From: a virus
Taxonomy: Duplodnaviria > Caudoviricetes
Strand: one strand, 5' to 3'
IMG/VR virus record: IMGVR_UViG_3300050491_000011
DNA: 64,000 bases
This document shows positions 1 through 8,729 of this stretch, piece after piece. Numbering within the stretch: the first letter of the stretch is position 1; every line of letters starts with the position of its first letter. The translations under genes and the position numbers were made by a program. The notes under the pieces were generated by a model. That model was not told the origin of the DNA, made no database searches, and saw only the letters and a program-made list of their open reading frames with translations.

Positions 1-686
1 TTACGCCATTCAACCGCGAAGTCTTCGAAGACAGCAACCGTCTGAACAACGTGACGGCTAGGCGGTTCGATACGAGAGTGTTTGTCCGTAAGATAGGCAG
101 CAGCCTTACCCACGTTAACATCCTCGACCGTAGCCTTAGCGTCAGCCTTGATTGAGGAGACCTTCTCCTTAACCTTCTCGAGATAGTTCTCGACAGACTT
201 GCCGCTGTCAGTCAGGTTCTCCCAGAAGGACACAAACGCATCAGCCACAGCTTTCATCGCCGTGTGCAGCCACGTCAGAATACGACGGAGGATACCTTCC
301 TTCTTCTCAGCCACTTCAGTGCTGTAGTTGCGGTTACCTGCTTCGAACGAAGGTACGATCATTGTCACGGGGATGTAGATATCTGCGTTAACGAGAATGG
401 CTTCAACCGACAGACGTAGAAGATCTGCGTCGCCTTCATCGAGTCCATCCGCGCCGCATGCAGCGATACTCTTGTCCACCAATTCAGTCAGGTTATCAGC
501 CACACCAGCAGCAGTGGAGATCTCATCGGAATGACCCTCCACTACAGCCGCAATATGAGACAGCTTCTCGATATTGCCGTCCGCATCACCCGAAGCCGCG
601 ATAATGGAATCCTCGAGGCTCAGGTGAATGATCGGACGTGGGGTCGACGCCGACTGTGCGAGTCTTTGAAGAATGCTAGCAGTCAT
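1..686 (-). CDS. phiKZ-like internal head protein paralog (partial, runs off window start)
   Basis: Hand translation from ATG at 686: MTASILQRLAQ...VTMIVPSFEAGNRNYSTEVAEKKEGILRRILTWL. Same motif block as the two upstream paralogs. Missing from ORF track because no stop lies in the window. Confidence 0.75.
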   Translation of the reverse strand, partial: MTASILQRLAQSASTPRPIIHLSLEDSIIAASGDADGNIEKLSHIAAVVEGHSDEISTAAGVADNLTELVDKSIAACGADGLDEGDADLLRLSVEAILVNADIYIPVTMIVPSFEAGNRNYSTEVAEKKEGILRRILTWLHTAMKAVADAFVSFWENLTDSGKSVENYLEKVKEKVSSIKADAKATVEDVNVGKAAAYLTDKHSRIEPPSRHVVQTVAVFEDFAVEWR

Positions 687-699
687 TGTCGGTCACCGG

Positions 700-2130
700 T
701 TACTTGGCGTGGTCGTAGGTATTGCCCTGGTTGTTGCCAGCAGCATTCGCACGATAGCGCTCAGGACGAACCACTTCAGGTTCATCATTCTTGGTATCGC
801 TACCACCAGCGCCACCTTTGATCTTGCTGGCCGACAGGTCGCAATAGCGCATGTTGGCTTTGAGCATCATCAGGAAGTCAGGGACGGCTTTGGTCCAGCC
901 CTGAGACATGCAGCGGCAACCGCCGAGGATACCGTTGACCCACTGGCGCAGCTCAGGATCGATCTTCGCACCGGCCATGGATTCAGCCATCTTCAGACGG
1001 CTCAACAGAGTGTTGCAGGTCTTGACGACCGCATCAGCGCTCTTGGTCCATGCCGATACATCTTTCTCGATGACCTTCATGATGTCGAGGGCTTTCAGAG
1101 CCAGCGTGCAACCGCTCAGCATTTCAGCGTGCTTCAGCACCTTACCGGTGTGAGCAGCCTTTTCCTTGATGACAGCGCGATGCAACTCAACCTTGGCGCC
1201 GTTGAGAGGCCACTTGCTATCTTCGCCCGGAGTCAGCTTGATGCTGCTGGTTTCGGAGATCTTGATGTCCTTCAGCTTGGACATGTCGTTCTTCATCGAA
1301 CGGGTCAGCTCAGCTGCCGCAAGGTTCAGGAACTCCATGATCGGGCCAACATCGTTCATGTTGCTTGGCGGCTTGATGTCGATCAGATCTTCGAACGCGC
1401 CATGCCAGGCCGAGGTGAAGTTCTTGAACAGACCCATGTTGGTCTGAACGATCGAAGCAGGTGGCTTAACCTGACCAGAGCCGTTGGAGCAGTACGCGCC
1501 AATGCTTGCACCGAGGTTGATGGTGCCTTCTTCGGTTTCGCCTTTGTTCTTGTTGATCTTCGCCAGTACGCCTTCGCCGTACTTGCCGATCGACTTGCTG
1601 TTGTTGAACAGGCGATGCCAGAACTTGGCAACCATGTCCATCAAGCTCTTGAACGCTTCAGCTACCCAGGCGAGGATACGGCCGATAACGCCCTTCTTCT
1701 TTTCTTCAGCTTCAGTCGAGTAGTCCGCACGGCTAGCGCAGGATTCGAAAGAAGGAACCACGACGCCGACTGGGATACCCAGACCGGAGACCTTCAGGAC
1801 AGCTTCCACCGACAGGGTCATCAGTGCAGCACCTTCTTCGGTGATGCCGCTGTCGCCGTAAGTTTCGATGGTCTGATCAACGATCGACTCGATGGAGCCT
1901 GCCGCAGCTTCAGCTTTATCGATGGAGGCGTTTTGCCCACTGATGTCTTCAGCGATCGCATTGATCTCGCCGACTTCGGCCATGATGTCTTGCGACAGCT
2001 GTTCGAGGTCATCGCCTTCGACCGGTGGTGCTGGTGGTTCCTCGAAAGGAAGGTTGGCGAGGTCCGGCGCAGCTGGAAGCTCGGACGATTCAACGCCATA
2101 GTTGGCAAGTTGCTGCAAGATAGATCGCAT
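700..2130 (-). CDS. phiKZ-like internal head protein (phiKZ_IP family-like)
   Basis: Start moved to MRSILQQL (AAGGA RBS). Acidic propeptide, then VPSFES...YSTEAEEKKKGVIGRILAW with S-x-E prohead protease sites. Confidence 0.75.
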   Translation of the reverse strand: MRSILQQLANYGVESSELPAAPDLANLPFEEPPAPPVEGDDLEQLSQDIMAEVGEINAIAEDISGQNASIDKAEAAAGSIESIVDQTIETYGDSGITEEGAALMTLSVEAVLKVSGLGIPVGVVVPSFESCASRADYSTEAEEKKKGVIGRILAWVAEAFKSLMDMVAKFWHRLFNNSKSIGKYGEGVLAKINKNKGETEEGTINLGASIGAYCSNGSGQVKPPASIVQTNMGLFKNFTSAWHGAFEDLIDIKPPSNMNDVGPIMEFLNLAAAELTRSMKNDMSKLKDIKISETSSIKLTPGEDSKWPLNGAKVELHRAVIKEKAAHTGKVLKHAEMLSGCTLALKALDIMKVIEKDVSAWTKSADAVVKTCNTLLSRLKMAESMAGAKIDPELRQWVNGILGGCRCMSQGWTKAVPDFLMMLKANMRYCDLSASKIKGGAGGSDTKNDEPEVVRPERYRANAAGNNQGNTYDHAK

Positions 2131-2167
2131 GGCTATGTCCTTGGTAATGTTGAACGTGGAACGATGA

Positions 2168-3529
2168 TTAAGCGGCTTTGGAGTACGCCGATGCACTGGC
2201 GCTGACGTAGCCATCGAGTGCTGACTTAACAGCCCAGATAGTTTTGATCAACTTAGGAGGAAGCAACCCAAGATCGTAGACGATGTCAACGGCCAATTTG
2301 TAGGCGTCGCACGCTTCTTTGATCGAGGTGGTATCTTCGTTGGCCGCTTTCTTCTTGGTGTACAGCGAGTTAAGCTGGGCACTCATGTCGTAAAGCTTGG
2401 TAGCCAGACCGTCGATTTCTTCAGCAGCATCCTGAAGAGGTTTGATGAAGTCACCAACATGGTCGGTCCACGCCGGAACTGCATCGGTGTAGTCTTCCAT
2501 ATCCTGAGCGCTGAGAGCTGGATATTCACCACCCTCGGCTTCTTTGTGAACGACCATAGCGCTGGTCAAGTTCATGGTGTTGCCTTTCTTCTCGCCAGTC
2601 AGGACGATGTCGATGTTCTGGCAGATGTTGAACTCGACTTCCTTGTTCTGCGAAAGGCCGACCGCATTAACCAGAGCAGTGAACACACGAGGGAGTTCGC
2701 TTTCCTTGGTAGGTTGTACGCCATTTACGATCTGACTTACCTTCCGAACGATCTCCAGAACGCGGGAAGCGGATTCCTTGCCGAAACCTTTGAGATTCTT
2801 GAGGGTCTCAGTAGGCTTCTTAGCCCGGCCGTCTTGTCCGATGATGAACTTCGGATCTTTGACAGTGACCTTAGTAGAACTGGAAGGCGCAGCAGGCTTC
2901 GGAGTTTCCTTTACCGGCTCTGGTTTCTTCTCAGGTTCTTTCTTCGATGCAGGAGAGACTGGTTTCTCAGCCGGCTTCTCAACAGGCTTCTCCGGTTCCT
3001 TTTCCTCTGTAGGTTCAGGTTCCGACTTACCGTTAACGGCGTCATCAACCTTCTTCTTCAGAGCTTCGTTCTTTGCCTGGTCGTTCTTCTTGAACAGACC
3101 GAGCTTTTGGAAGAAGGCTTTCAACATCCCCATCAGAGTAGTGAAGGTACGCTTGATCCATGCCCAGATCTTGCCGATGAACCCCTCACTCTTCTCCTCA
3201 GCTTCCGTGGAGTAGTTCTCCTCGTTACTGGATTCAAAGGACGGTGCAATCATCGTGACTGGAAGATCGAGATCCGACGCCATCAACACCGACTCCATGC
3301 AGACACGATAAAGCGCAGCACGCTCTACGTCCATGGATGGCTTATCTTTGAGGAAAGCATCGCGAATGTTCGTCACCGAAGCGAGTGCTGTACGAGCGCG
3401 AACAATCTGGTTTTGAAGCGCATCGATCTCACGGAACTCCGATTGGAGATCCACGCTTTCGAAGCTATAAGTAGCCTCTACTCGTTCGATGTTATTAGTA
3501 GCAAGTTGTTTCAAAATGCTCGCGGTCAT
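2168..3529 (-). CDS. phiKZ-like internal head protein paralog with Lys/Pro/Glu-rich linker
   Basis: MTASILKQL start; IAPSFES...NYSTEAEEKSEGFIGKIWAW block; KPEE/KPAE low-complexity segment. Confidence 0.75.
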   Translation of the reverse strand: MTASILKQLATNNIERVEATYSFESVDLQSEFREIDALQNQIVRARTALASVTNIRDAFLKDKPSMDVERAALYRVCMESVLMASDLDLPVTMIAPSFESSNEENYSTEAEEKSEGFIGKIWAWIKRTFTTLMGMLKAFFQKLGLFKKNDQAKNEALKKKVDDAVNGKSEPEPTEEKEPEKPVEKPAEKPVSPASKKEPEKKPEPVKETPKPAAPSSSTKVTVKDPKFIIGQDGRAKKPTETLKNLKGFGKESASRVLEIVRKVSQIVNGVQPTKESELPRVFTALVNAVGLSQNKEVEFNICQNIDIVLTGEKKGNTMNLTSAMVVHKEAEGGEYPALSAQDMEDYTDAVPAWTDHVGDFIKPLQDAAEEIDGLATKLYDMSAQLNSLYTKKKAANEDTTSIKEACDAYKLAVDIVYDLGLLPPKLIKTIWAVKSALDGYVSASASAYSKAA

Positions 3530-3622
3530 TTTACACACTCGACTAGAGTATTATGCAAAGATCGAGAAGACCTCGCTCGGCGGATTATTACTTACATAAG
3601 ATCTCCCTAAAGGAACGATTAA

Positions 3623-3970
3623 ATGCATATTGGATCGGTCCACGATGTTGAGTTTGAGACGACTCCACACGGCAATGTAATCCCTGTTCTGAAGATTCAT
3701 TCTGGAAGAACAAAGGTCGACTGGGTGTTACCGAATATCCATGTCCTTCAAGAAATGAAGTTGTGGATGGCTGACATCGTCTGCATGACTGAGAAAGCCG
3801 GTAAGACTAGCATTGAGGTTCTTCATGAGAATCGCCCTATAGATGCTAGTCCAGTAGAGTTACCACACGTCTGCCAATCGTGTGGAGAAGAACTCCACAT
3901 CTATCTAGAACGGCGACTGATCGTCAAGTGCGTTAATCAGTCTGGTTGTAAGGCTCAGAATGTAGGATGA
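3623..3970 (+). CDS. stand-alone OB-fold + zinc-finger fragment resembling NAD-dependent DNA ligase (LigA)
   Basis: GNVIPVL, LPNIHVLQEMKLWMADIV and ELPHVCQSCGEEL...KCVNQSGCKAQ parallel the LigA OB (G.ITPVA, TLHN...I.IGD.V) and Zn-finger (P..CP.CG..L...C.N..C.AQ) motifs. Confidence 0.55.
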   Translation: MHIGSVHDVEFETTPHGNVIPVLKIHSGRTKVDWVLPNIHVLQEMKLWMADIVCMTEKAGKTSIEVLHENRPIDASPVELPHVCQSCGEELHIYLERRLIVKCVNQSGCKAQNVG

Positions 3971-3974
3971 CGCT

Positions 3975-4427
3975 ATGCTACTGGATGTCAAAGGAGACAT
4001 GCTCAAGCGCGCTCCGAAAGGATCGCTAATAGGCATACCCGTTAACACCGTCGGCGTTGGTGGAAAGGGTCTGGCACGCTTAATGAAGATACGTTGGCCA
4101 GAAGCGTACAAGAAGTACTGCAAAGATTGTAGACGCGGCAGGATCGCATCAGGAGAGCTCTGTGTGTATGACGTAGGTGAGTATCGTCTCGCCATGCTGC
4201 CCACTAAGTACTACTGGGGTAATCCTTCCGATAAAGGCCTGATCACAATCACGGCTAAGAGACTCCTTGCCTACATGGAAGGGAACTTCGAGTCTGATTG
4301 CTACATCCCTCAGATCGGGTGTGGTGAAAGGACTGGAACGCTGGACTACGAAGTTGATGTTCGTCCTATCCTCGAGGAAGTGTTTGGGGAGTCTGACGAA
4401 ACCATTCACGTATTCGATTGGAGCTGA
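3975..4427 (+). CDS. macrodomain protein (DarG/TARG1-like ADP-ribosylglycohydrolase)
   Basis: KGDML, VNTVGVGGKGLA, LPTKYYW, IPQIGCGERTGTL match macrodomain motifs GD, VNxxGVMGKGIA, FPTKxHW, PxLGCGxGGL. Confidence 0.75.
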   Translation: MLLDVKGDMLKRAPKGSLIGIPVNTVGVGGKGLARLMKIRWPEAYKKYCKDCRRGRIASGELCVYDVGEYRLAMLPTKYYWGNPSDKGLITITAKRLLAYMEGNFESDCYIPQIGCGERTGTLDYEVDVRPILEEVFGESDETIHVFDWS

Positions 4428-4430
4428 CGA

Positions 4431-4685
4431 ATGTTCAAAGAACTAGATGCGAAGATACAGCAAGATCTGATCTCACTCGGTAAGGAAGTTTGGGCTGATC
4501 TCAATACAGATAAAGCCGTTCCTAAAGAAGTGTATATAGCGAGAGTTGATGAATTCCTCAGCCGTCTACATGCGCGCACTGCTCCAGAGTTCGAAGCAGT
4601 CATGAATCCAGACGGATCATTCACCGCCTACATCCCTAGGAGCAAACCCCTATGTCAACTGACAATAGTAGCAACACGCAAGTAA
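4431..4685 (+). CDS. hypothetical protein
   Basis: ORF tiled in operon; no motif recognised. Confidence 0.6.
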   Translation: MFKELDAKIQQDLISLGKEVWADLNTDKAVPKEVYIARVDEFLSRLHARTAPEFEAVMNPDGSFTAYIPRSKPLCQLTIVATRK

Positions 4686-4690
4686 AGACC

Positions 4691-5047
4691 ATGGCCTTTG
4701 AGAGCGCTCAGATTGAACGTATCGAAGCATGGCTGATTGAAGAAGGTTGGACGGTTAATCGTTTCGATTACTCCCTAACCCCTTCTTGCGCTGAAGTTAA
4801 CTACCGTGCCAAGACATTCCGTTCCAACATCAGCAGCGCCTACTACTGTGCTCAGGTGTTTGAACGGGTTGAGAACAACCTCAAGACAAAAGGAGTAACG
4901 ACCGTTGGAGGATACATGTACGTCTTCAGTGGCGGAGAAACGCACAGGCGGCACGATGGTGGCGATCTTTACCAACACAAAGCGCTATCTATCCACCCGG
5001 TGGAGTTACCGCGTTCGCAACCTAAGGCTATTGATGAGCTGATCTGA
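4691..5047 (+). CDS. hypothetical protein
   Basis: Start moved to MAFESAQ; followed by hairpin terminator. Confidence 0.6.
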   Translation: MAFESAQIERIEAWLIEEGWTVNRFDYSLTPSCAEVNYRAKTFRSNISSAYYCAQVFERVENNLKTKGVTTVGGYMYVFSGGETHRRHDGGDLYQHKALSIHPVELPRSQPKAIDELI

Positions 5048-5054
5048 CAGCAGA

Positions 5055-5084
5055 CATAAGGCCCGGCTCAGGCCGGGCTTTGTG
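5055..5084 (+). terminator. CATA-flanked GC hairpin (GCCCGGC-TCAG-GCCGGGC-TTTGTG)
   Basis: 7-bp GC stem directly after stop codon; member of a repeated family. Confidence 0.65.
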
Positions 5085-5110
5085 CTGTAATCGTAATCAA
5101 AGAATTTACA

Positions 5111-5123
5111 GTCACATATAGTC
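5111..5123 (+). promoter_or_regulatory. putative phage early promoter box (GTCACATATAGTC variant)
   Basis: Similar to copies at 18374 and 58642; AT-rich upstream; precedes a small-ORF cassette. Confidence 0.45.
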
Positions 5124-5155
5124 AACACGAATCTATACCTTAAAGGAGAAACACC

Positions 5156-5251
5156 ATGGCAAACTTTGCCCGCGCTGTAGCTGTAGGTGTCACTGTCGTA
5201 GTGGTATCGCAGATCATCCTGAAACAACTTAGCAAACGCGGCTACATTTAA
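5156..5251 (+). CDS. 31-aa single-TM small protein
   Basis: MANFARAVAVGVTVVVVSQIILKQLSKRGYI; strong AAGGAG RBS; below ORF-track cutoff. Confidence 0.6.
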   Translation: MANFARAVAVGVTVVVVSQIILKQLSKRGYI

Positions 5252-5263
5252 CTCACCCCTAAC

Positions 5264-5276
5264 GACCGAGGAGGTC
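5264..5276 (+). promoter_or_regulatory. SD-sequestering hairpin GACC-GAGGA-GGTC
   Basis: One of 7 covarying copies; ATG at 5283. Confidence 0.65.
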
Positions 5277-5282
5277 TGTAAC

Positions 5283-5411
5283 ATGAAACAAGTTAAACTG
5301 GTACTCGTTGGCATGATCCTGAGCATTGGCGTATCGACTGCATACTCGACCGGTATCTTCGACGAAGCTGGGCAATACAAGGCACAGCACGCAGCATTCG
5401 CAGCGCAGTAA
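5283..5411 (+). CDS. 42-aa small protein with signal-peptide-like N-terminus
   Basis: MKQVKLVLVGMILSIGVSTAYSTGIFDEAGQYKAQHAAFAAQ; GGAGG RBS. Confidence 0.6.
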   Translation: MKQVKLVLVGMILSIGVSTAYSTGIFDEAGQYKAQHAAFAAQ

Positions 5412-5438
5412 TTATTGCAATCTAAAAATATTCATGCA

Positions 5439-5446
5439 TACATTAC
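5439..5446 (+). promoter_or_regulatory. putative early promoter box TACATTAC
   Basis: Resembles the phiKZ early consensus TATATTAC; recurs in intergenic gaps. Confidence 0.55.
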
Positions 5447-5480
5447 TAACGTAGTCATGCGCTGACTTTTGATACCCACT

Positions 5481-5493
5481 GTCCGTGGAGGAC
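5481..5493 (+). promoter_or_regulatory. SD-sequestering hairpin GTCC-GTGGA-GGAC
   Basis: Covarying copy; ATG at 5499. Confidence 0.65.
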
Positions 5494-5498
5494 GCCCC

Positions 5499-5825
5499 AT
5501 GAATTTCCAAACCGTAGCAGACATCATCATCTGCCTACTCTTCATCTACTTCGCTACAGTACGTACCCGCGTAGTCTGGAAGCATTTGAAGGATAACGGC
5601 GCAGTAACAGTCACCCGCATCTACGGCTGCTGCTGCGTCACTATCGGTTGGAATGGGAAGATAGCCCGATACGTTAAAGTGACTCTGCCGATACTCGCAG
5701 TGCTGCTTTACGGATCGTGGTCTTTCCACTTGATCGGCACTCTTAGCTTCTTAGCTATTGAGCAAGCCATCGCACTCGTTGTAGCTTTATCGCTGTACCT
5801 TGCTGCGCGCTTTGTAACTCGTTGA
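5499..5825 (+). CDS. multi-pass membrane protein
   Basis: MNFQTVADIIICLLF...; three or four hydrophobic segments. Confidence 0.65.
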   Translation: MNFQTVADIIICLLFIYFATVRTRVVWKHLKDNGAVTVTRIYGCCCVTIGWNGKIARYVKVTLPILAVLLYGSWSFHLIGTLSFLAIEQAIALVVALSLYLAARFVTR

Positions 5826-5861
5826 ACCCAAACCCCTATCGTAATACCCTTTGTAATTAAC

Positions 5862-5874
5862 GTCCGTGGAGGAC
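5862..5874 (+). promoter_or_regulatory. SD-sequestering hairpin GTCC-GTGGA-GGAC
   Basis: Covarying copy; ATG at 5881. Confidence 0.65.
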
Positions 5875-5880
5875 AAACAA

Positions 5881-6231
5881 ATGCTCGATATCATCTTCAC
5901 TATCCCAGCTGTAATCATGTTCATGATCATCACCATGGTGGCCGGCTACATCATCGGTAAACTGAAACCAGAAGAACGCTGGGAAGAAGTTGCCATGGCT
6001 TTCTTCACTCTCGGTGACTGGGGCTTCAAGACCACCTTCGCTCGCCGCATGATGCTTCTGTTAAACATCGTAATCGCAGCCGTCTGGATCTACTACATCG
6101 ACACTCCAGTCTTCGTAGCTTTCTGCATGAGTATCATCATCGGTTCCTACATCGGCGCCTACATCTTGAACACCCGTTGCGACATCCCATACCCAGACCG
6201 TGACGCTCTGAAAATGATGTTCGTCAAGTAA
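5881..6231 (+). CDS. membrane protein (about 3 TM)
   Basis: MLDIIFTIPAVIMF...; hydrophobic segments. Confidence 0.65.
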   Translation: MLDIIFTIPAVIMFMIITMVAGYIIGKLKPEERWEEVAMAFFTLGDWGFKTTFARRMMLLLNIVIAAVWIYYIDTPVFVAFCMSIIIGSYIGAYILNTRCDIPYPDRDALKMMFVK

Positions 6232-6299
6232 ATGTAACGATATGTGAGGGTGGCCTAGCCACCCTCATTGTTAATCTTTTTTTTTGGTCGAGGTGTGGG

Positions 6300-7340
6300 A
6301 TGCCTAGTAATAGTAAGAAGCAATATGATCTCATGAAGATCGCTTCGTATAACAAAGAGTTTGCAGAGAAACGCCACATCGATCAGGATGCTGCTCGGGA
6401 ATGGCACAAGGCCGACAAGGAGATGGAGAAGAAGAATAAAGACTTCTACAAGAATCTCCCTGACCACGCCGAAGATTCGAAGAAGAAACCGAAGAAGAAG
6501 CGTACCAGCCAACGTCGTAAACGTGAGAAGGGCGAAGCTCACGAGAAGGCTAGCGATGCTTCGATGGAAGGCGTTGTATCGTCTATCTTGGATCTGTTCA
6601 AGTCCAGTAAGACTATCGACGACATTCCAGACAACGTCAGCGACGCTATGATCGAGAAGCTGTCTAACGATCCTAATGCATTGGCCGGTATGGAACTGCG
6701 TGAAGGTCCGATCGACGTGCGTGGCGCCAACACCCACTTCTATCTGAAGCATTGGTCGAACAACTGGCTGTCTGATGTCGAGACCCATGCCAAGCAGATC
6801 GAAGCCTTCTACAAGAAGTTCATCCCTGCGCGTGTAGCGTATGGCAATGCGCTTGAGAAGATCTATAAGCAATGCGAGAAGATGTCTCCTAAAGAAGCAC
6901 TGGAGTACGCCAAGCCTCGCGTTGACATGGAGAAGATCAAGCTCGGCCGTATTGAGCTGCCTGACTTCCGTAACCTGGCTGTCGATGTCCGTTACTCTGG
7001 TCATGGCGCTAAGCTGTCCCTCGGTAGCCCAGGCAAAGGTCCTGAAACCATGGGCGCTCTCAGCGAAGGCGCTATCCGTAAGATCGTTTCCATCCTGAGT
7101 ATCCTTGTCCGTAGCCACGACTACGAAGAAGACGACTACGGCTGGAACCTCGACGATACGGATGAAGCGAAGTTCTGGATGCATCACTTCCCTGATGACG
7201 ATCGTACTTGGGGTCAGATGCTTGGCCTGTTCCCATGCGCTGGTGACTGGTACGAGTTCTCGTACGATGACGTTCTGAACATGGTTGTCAACAAGATGTA
7301 CCTCGGCTTGAAAGGCTTGGTCGTTAAGTCCGTCAAGTAA
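6300..7340 (+). CDS. probable virion head protein with cleavable propeptide
   Basis: Basic N-terminal segment then ASDASME|GVVSSILDLFK, an S-M-E site typical of phiKZ head-protein processing. Confidence 0.5.
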   Translation: MPSNSKKQYDLMKIASYNKEFAEKRHIDQDAAREWHKADKEMEKKNKDFYKNLPDHAEDSKKKPKKKRTSQRRKREKGEAHEKASDASMEGVVSSILDLFKSSKTIDDIPDNVSDAMIEKLSNDPNALAGMELREGPIDVRGANTHFYLKHWSNNWLSDVETHAKQIEAFYKKFIPARVAYGNALEKIYKQCEKMSPKEALEYAKPRVDMEKIKLGRIELPDFRNLAVDVRYSGHGAKLSLGSPGKGPETMGALSEGAIRKIVSILSILVRSHDYEEDDYGWNLDDTDEAKFWMHHFPDDDRTWGQMLGLFPCAGDWYEFSYDDVLNMVVNKMYLGLKGLVVKSVK

Positions 7341-7369
7341 CATAAGCCCGGCTTCGGCCGGGCTCTATG
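7341..7369 (+). terminator. CATA-AGCCCGGC-TTCG-GCCGGGCT-CTATG hairpin
   Basis: 8-bp stem with UUCG loop right after the stop. Confidence 0.7.
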
Positions 7370-7390
7370 CCGTCAACTTATTTACAAGCA

Positions 7391-7398
7391 TACATTAC
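7391..7398 (+). promoter_or_regulatory. putative early promoter box TACATTAC
   Basis: Upstream of the AmrZ-like gene. Confidence 0.55.
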
Positions 7399-7439
7399 CG
7401 AATTGTCACTTAACCATTAATCTAGATCGGAGTTACAGT

Positions 7440-7832
7440 ATGAAACCATTGAAACAAGCAACCTACTCTTCGCGTTCGGCTGATAAGTTCGTAGTTCGTC
7501 TTCCAGACGGCATGCGCGAAACTATCGCTGAGGTTGCAAGGGGTCACCACCGCAGCATGAACTCGGAAATCATTGCACGACTCCAGAAGTCGTTGATGGA
7601 CGAAGGCATCGTACCTGTGGAAGAGGGTGAGTTGGAAGCATTGCCGCCTGAAGGTTGGATGCCGGGTACTGGTCAATTTGTTTATAAGATCGCTGGTGGT
7701 AAGAAGATCTACGGAACCATCAAGTCTATTTATATTAACGAGATGGGTGAGATGACAGCTAAGGTCACTAACGACCTGCTGGGTAACTTCACCGAATCGT
7801 TGAAGAAGCTACGTCCAGTCATCATGAAGTAA
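7440..7832 (+). CDS. amrZ: AmrZ/AlgZ-like Arc (ribbon-helix-helix) transcription regulator with a foreign C-terminal domain
   Basis: [48 protein letters not shown] is nearly identical to the Pseudomonas AmrZ N-terminal domain as I recall it. Confidence 0.85.
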   Translation: MKPLKQATYSSRSADKFVVRLPDGMRETIAEVARGHHRSMNSEIIARLQKSLMDEGIVPVEEGELEALPPEGWMPGTGQFVYKIAGGKKIYGTIKSIYINEMGEMTAKVTNDLLGNFTESLKKLRPVIMK

Positions 7833-7885
7833 TTCGTTACCGAGTGATCTCATGGTTTGTATTCCCCTATTAAGAGAATCGAACC

Positions 7886-8197
7886 ATGAGTCTTAAAGTC
7901 CGCGATTTCTTCACAACGAGTTGGATGTACCCGATCCCTGGCGTCAGCATCTGTTTCAAGGAACCCGAAGACCAGGTCGGTGAAGGTGAGTTGATTCCTA
8001 CCCACAAGGTTCATGTTTCTGTCAAGACGGCGGGAATGGCGGTCGACCTGGTAGGTAACGTTTACGTGGATTGGTCTGAAGAGCAATTCGCTCAGCGTGA
8101 CGACACTGCGTTCAAGGCTGTCGTTAAGCAGGTCATCACCAGCAAACTGGTTCCTTACGTTCAACTCACCGCTGATCCAGTCGTGGTGAAGATCTAA
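7886..8197 (+). CDS. hypothetical protein
   Basis: ORF with RBS, followed by hairpin at 8208-8236. Confidence 0.6.
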   Translation: MSLKVRDFFTTSWMYPIPGVSICFKEPEDQVGEGELIPTHKVHVSVKTAGMAVDLVGNVYVDWSEEQFAQRDDTAFKAVVKQVITSKLVPYVQLTADPVVVKI

Positions 8198-8264
8198 CAG
8201 CTGTAAACATGACGCCCCACTTCGGTGGGGCTTTGTGTCCTTTCTTTTTATTGAGGGTGGGGTT

Positions 8265-8720
8265 ATGTCAATCATCAATGTCCATGACGTCATGGAAACC
8301 AAAGACGGTGGAGTGATTCACCACGCAAGTTTTGTTATTGAATCGTCGGGTGGTCTTAATGAAGTCAGTATCCTCCCTGGGTTAACATTGACTCTCGATT
8401 CTCCGAACGATTCGCTTGATGGCGCTACTGTTTGCGGATGGGTCGTTGTCCAACTGAGTAAAGATTCTGTCTCTACGAAGATGGCGCGGGTCTACTTCAT
8501 GCTGACGTCCCATTTCTACACCTGTTCCGAAACACGTTCGTTACTGAACGGGCCGTTCCTCGGCAAACTCATCGCCAACTATATCCAGAAGACCTACGGC
8601 GTACAAGTCGGTCTTACTTACCTTACGGAAGACTGGAAGGTTGGTGGCCACATCTCAGCGCGCGGTGATTCCAATGGCCGTGGCGAATACCTTTACTACA
8701 TTAGCAATCGTTGCAAATAG
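8265..8720 (+). CDS. hypothetical protein
   Basis: Start moved to MSIINV (GAGGG RBS). Confidence 0.55.
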   Translation: MSIINVHDVMETKDGGVIHHASFVIESSGGLNEVSILPGLTLTLDSPNDSLDGATVCGWVVVQLSKDSVSTKMARVYFMLTSHFYTCSETRSLLNGPFLGKLIANYIQKTYGVQVGLTYLTEDWKVGGHISARGDSNGRGEYLYYISNRCK

Positions 8721-8729
8721 GAGCTGTAC

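Noticed and set aside
673-2205. Long antisense ORFs (also 2459-3610 +, 6255-7343 -, 28807-30492 +, 33173-34324 -, 54484-55449 - and many shorter ones)
   Set aside because: They are exact shadows of well-supported genes on the opposite strand, caused by codon bias. They have no RBS and no motifs.
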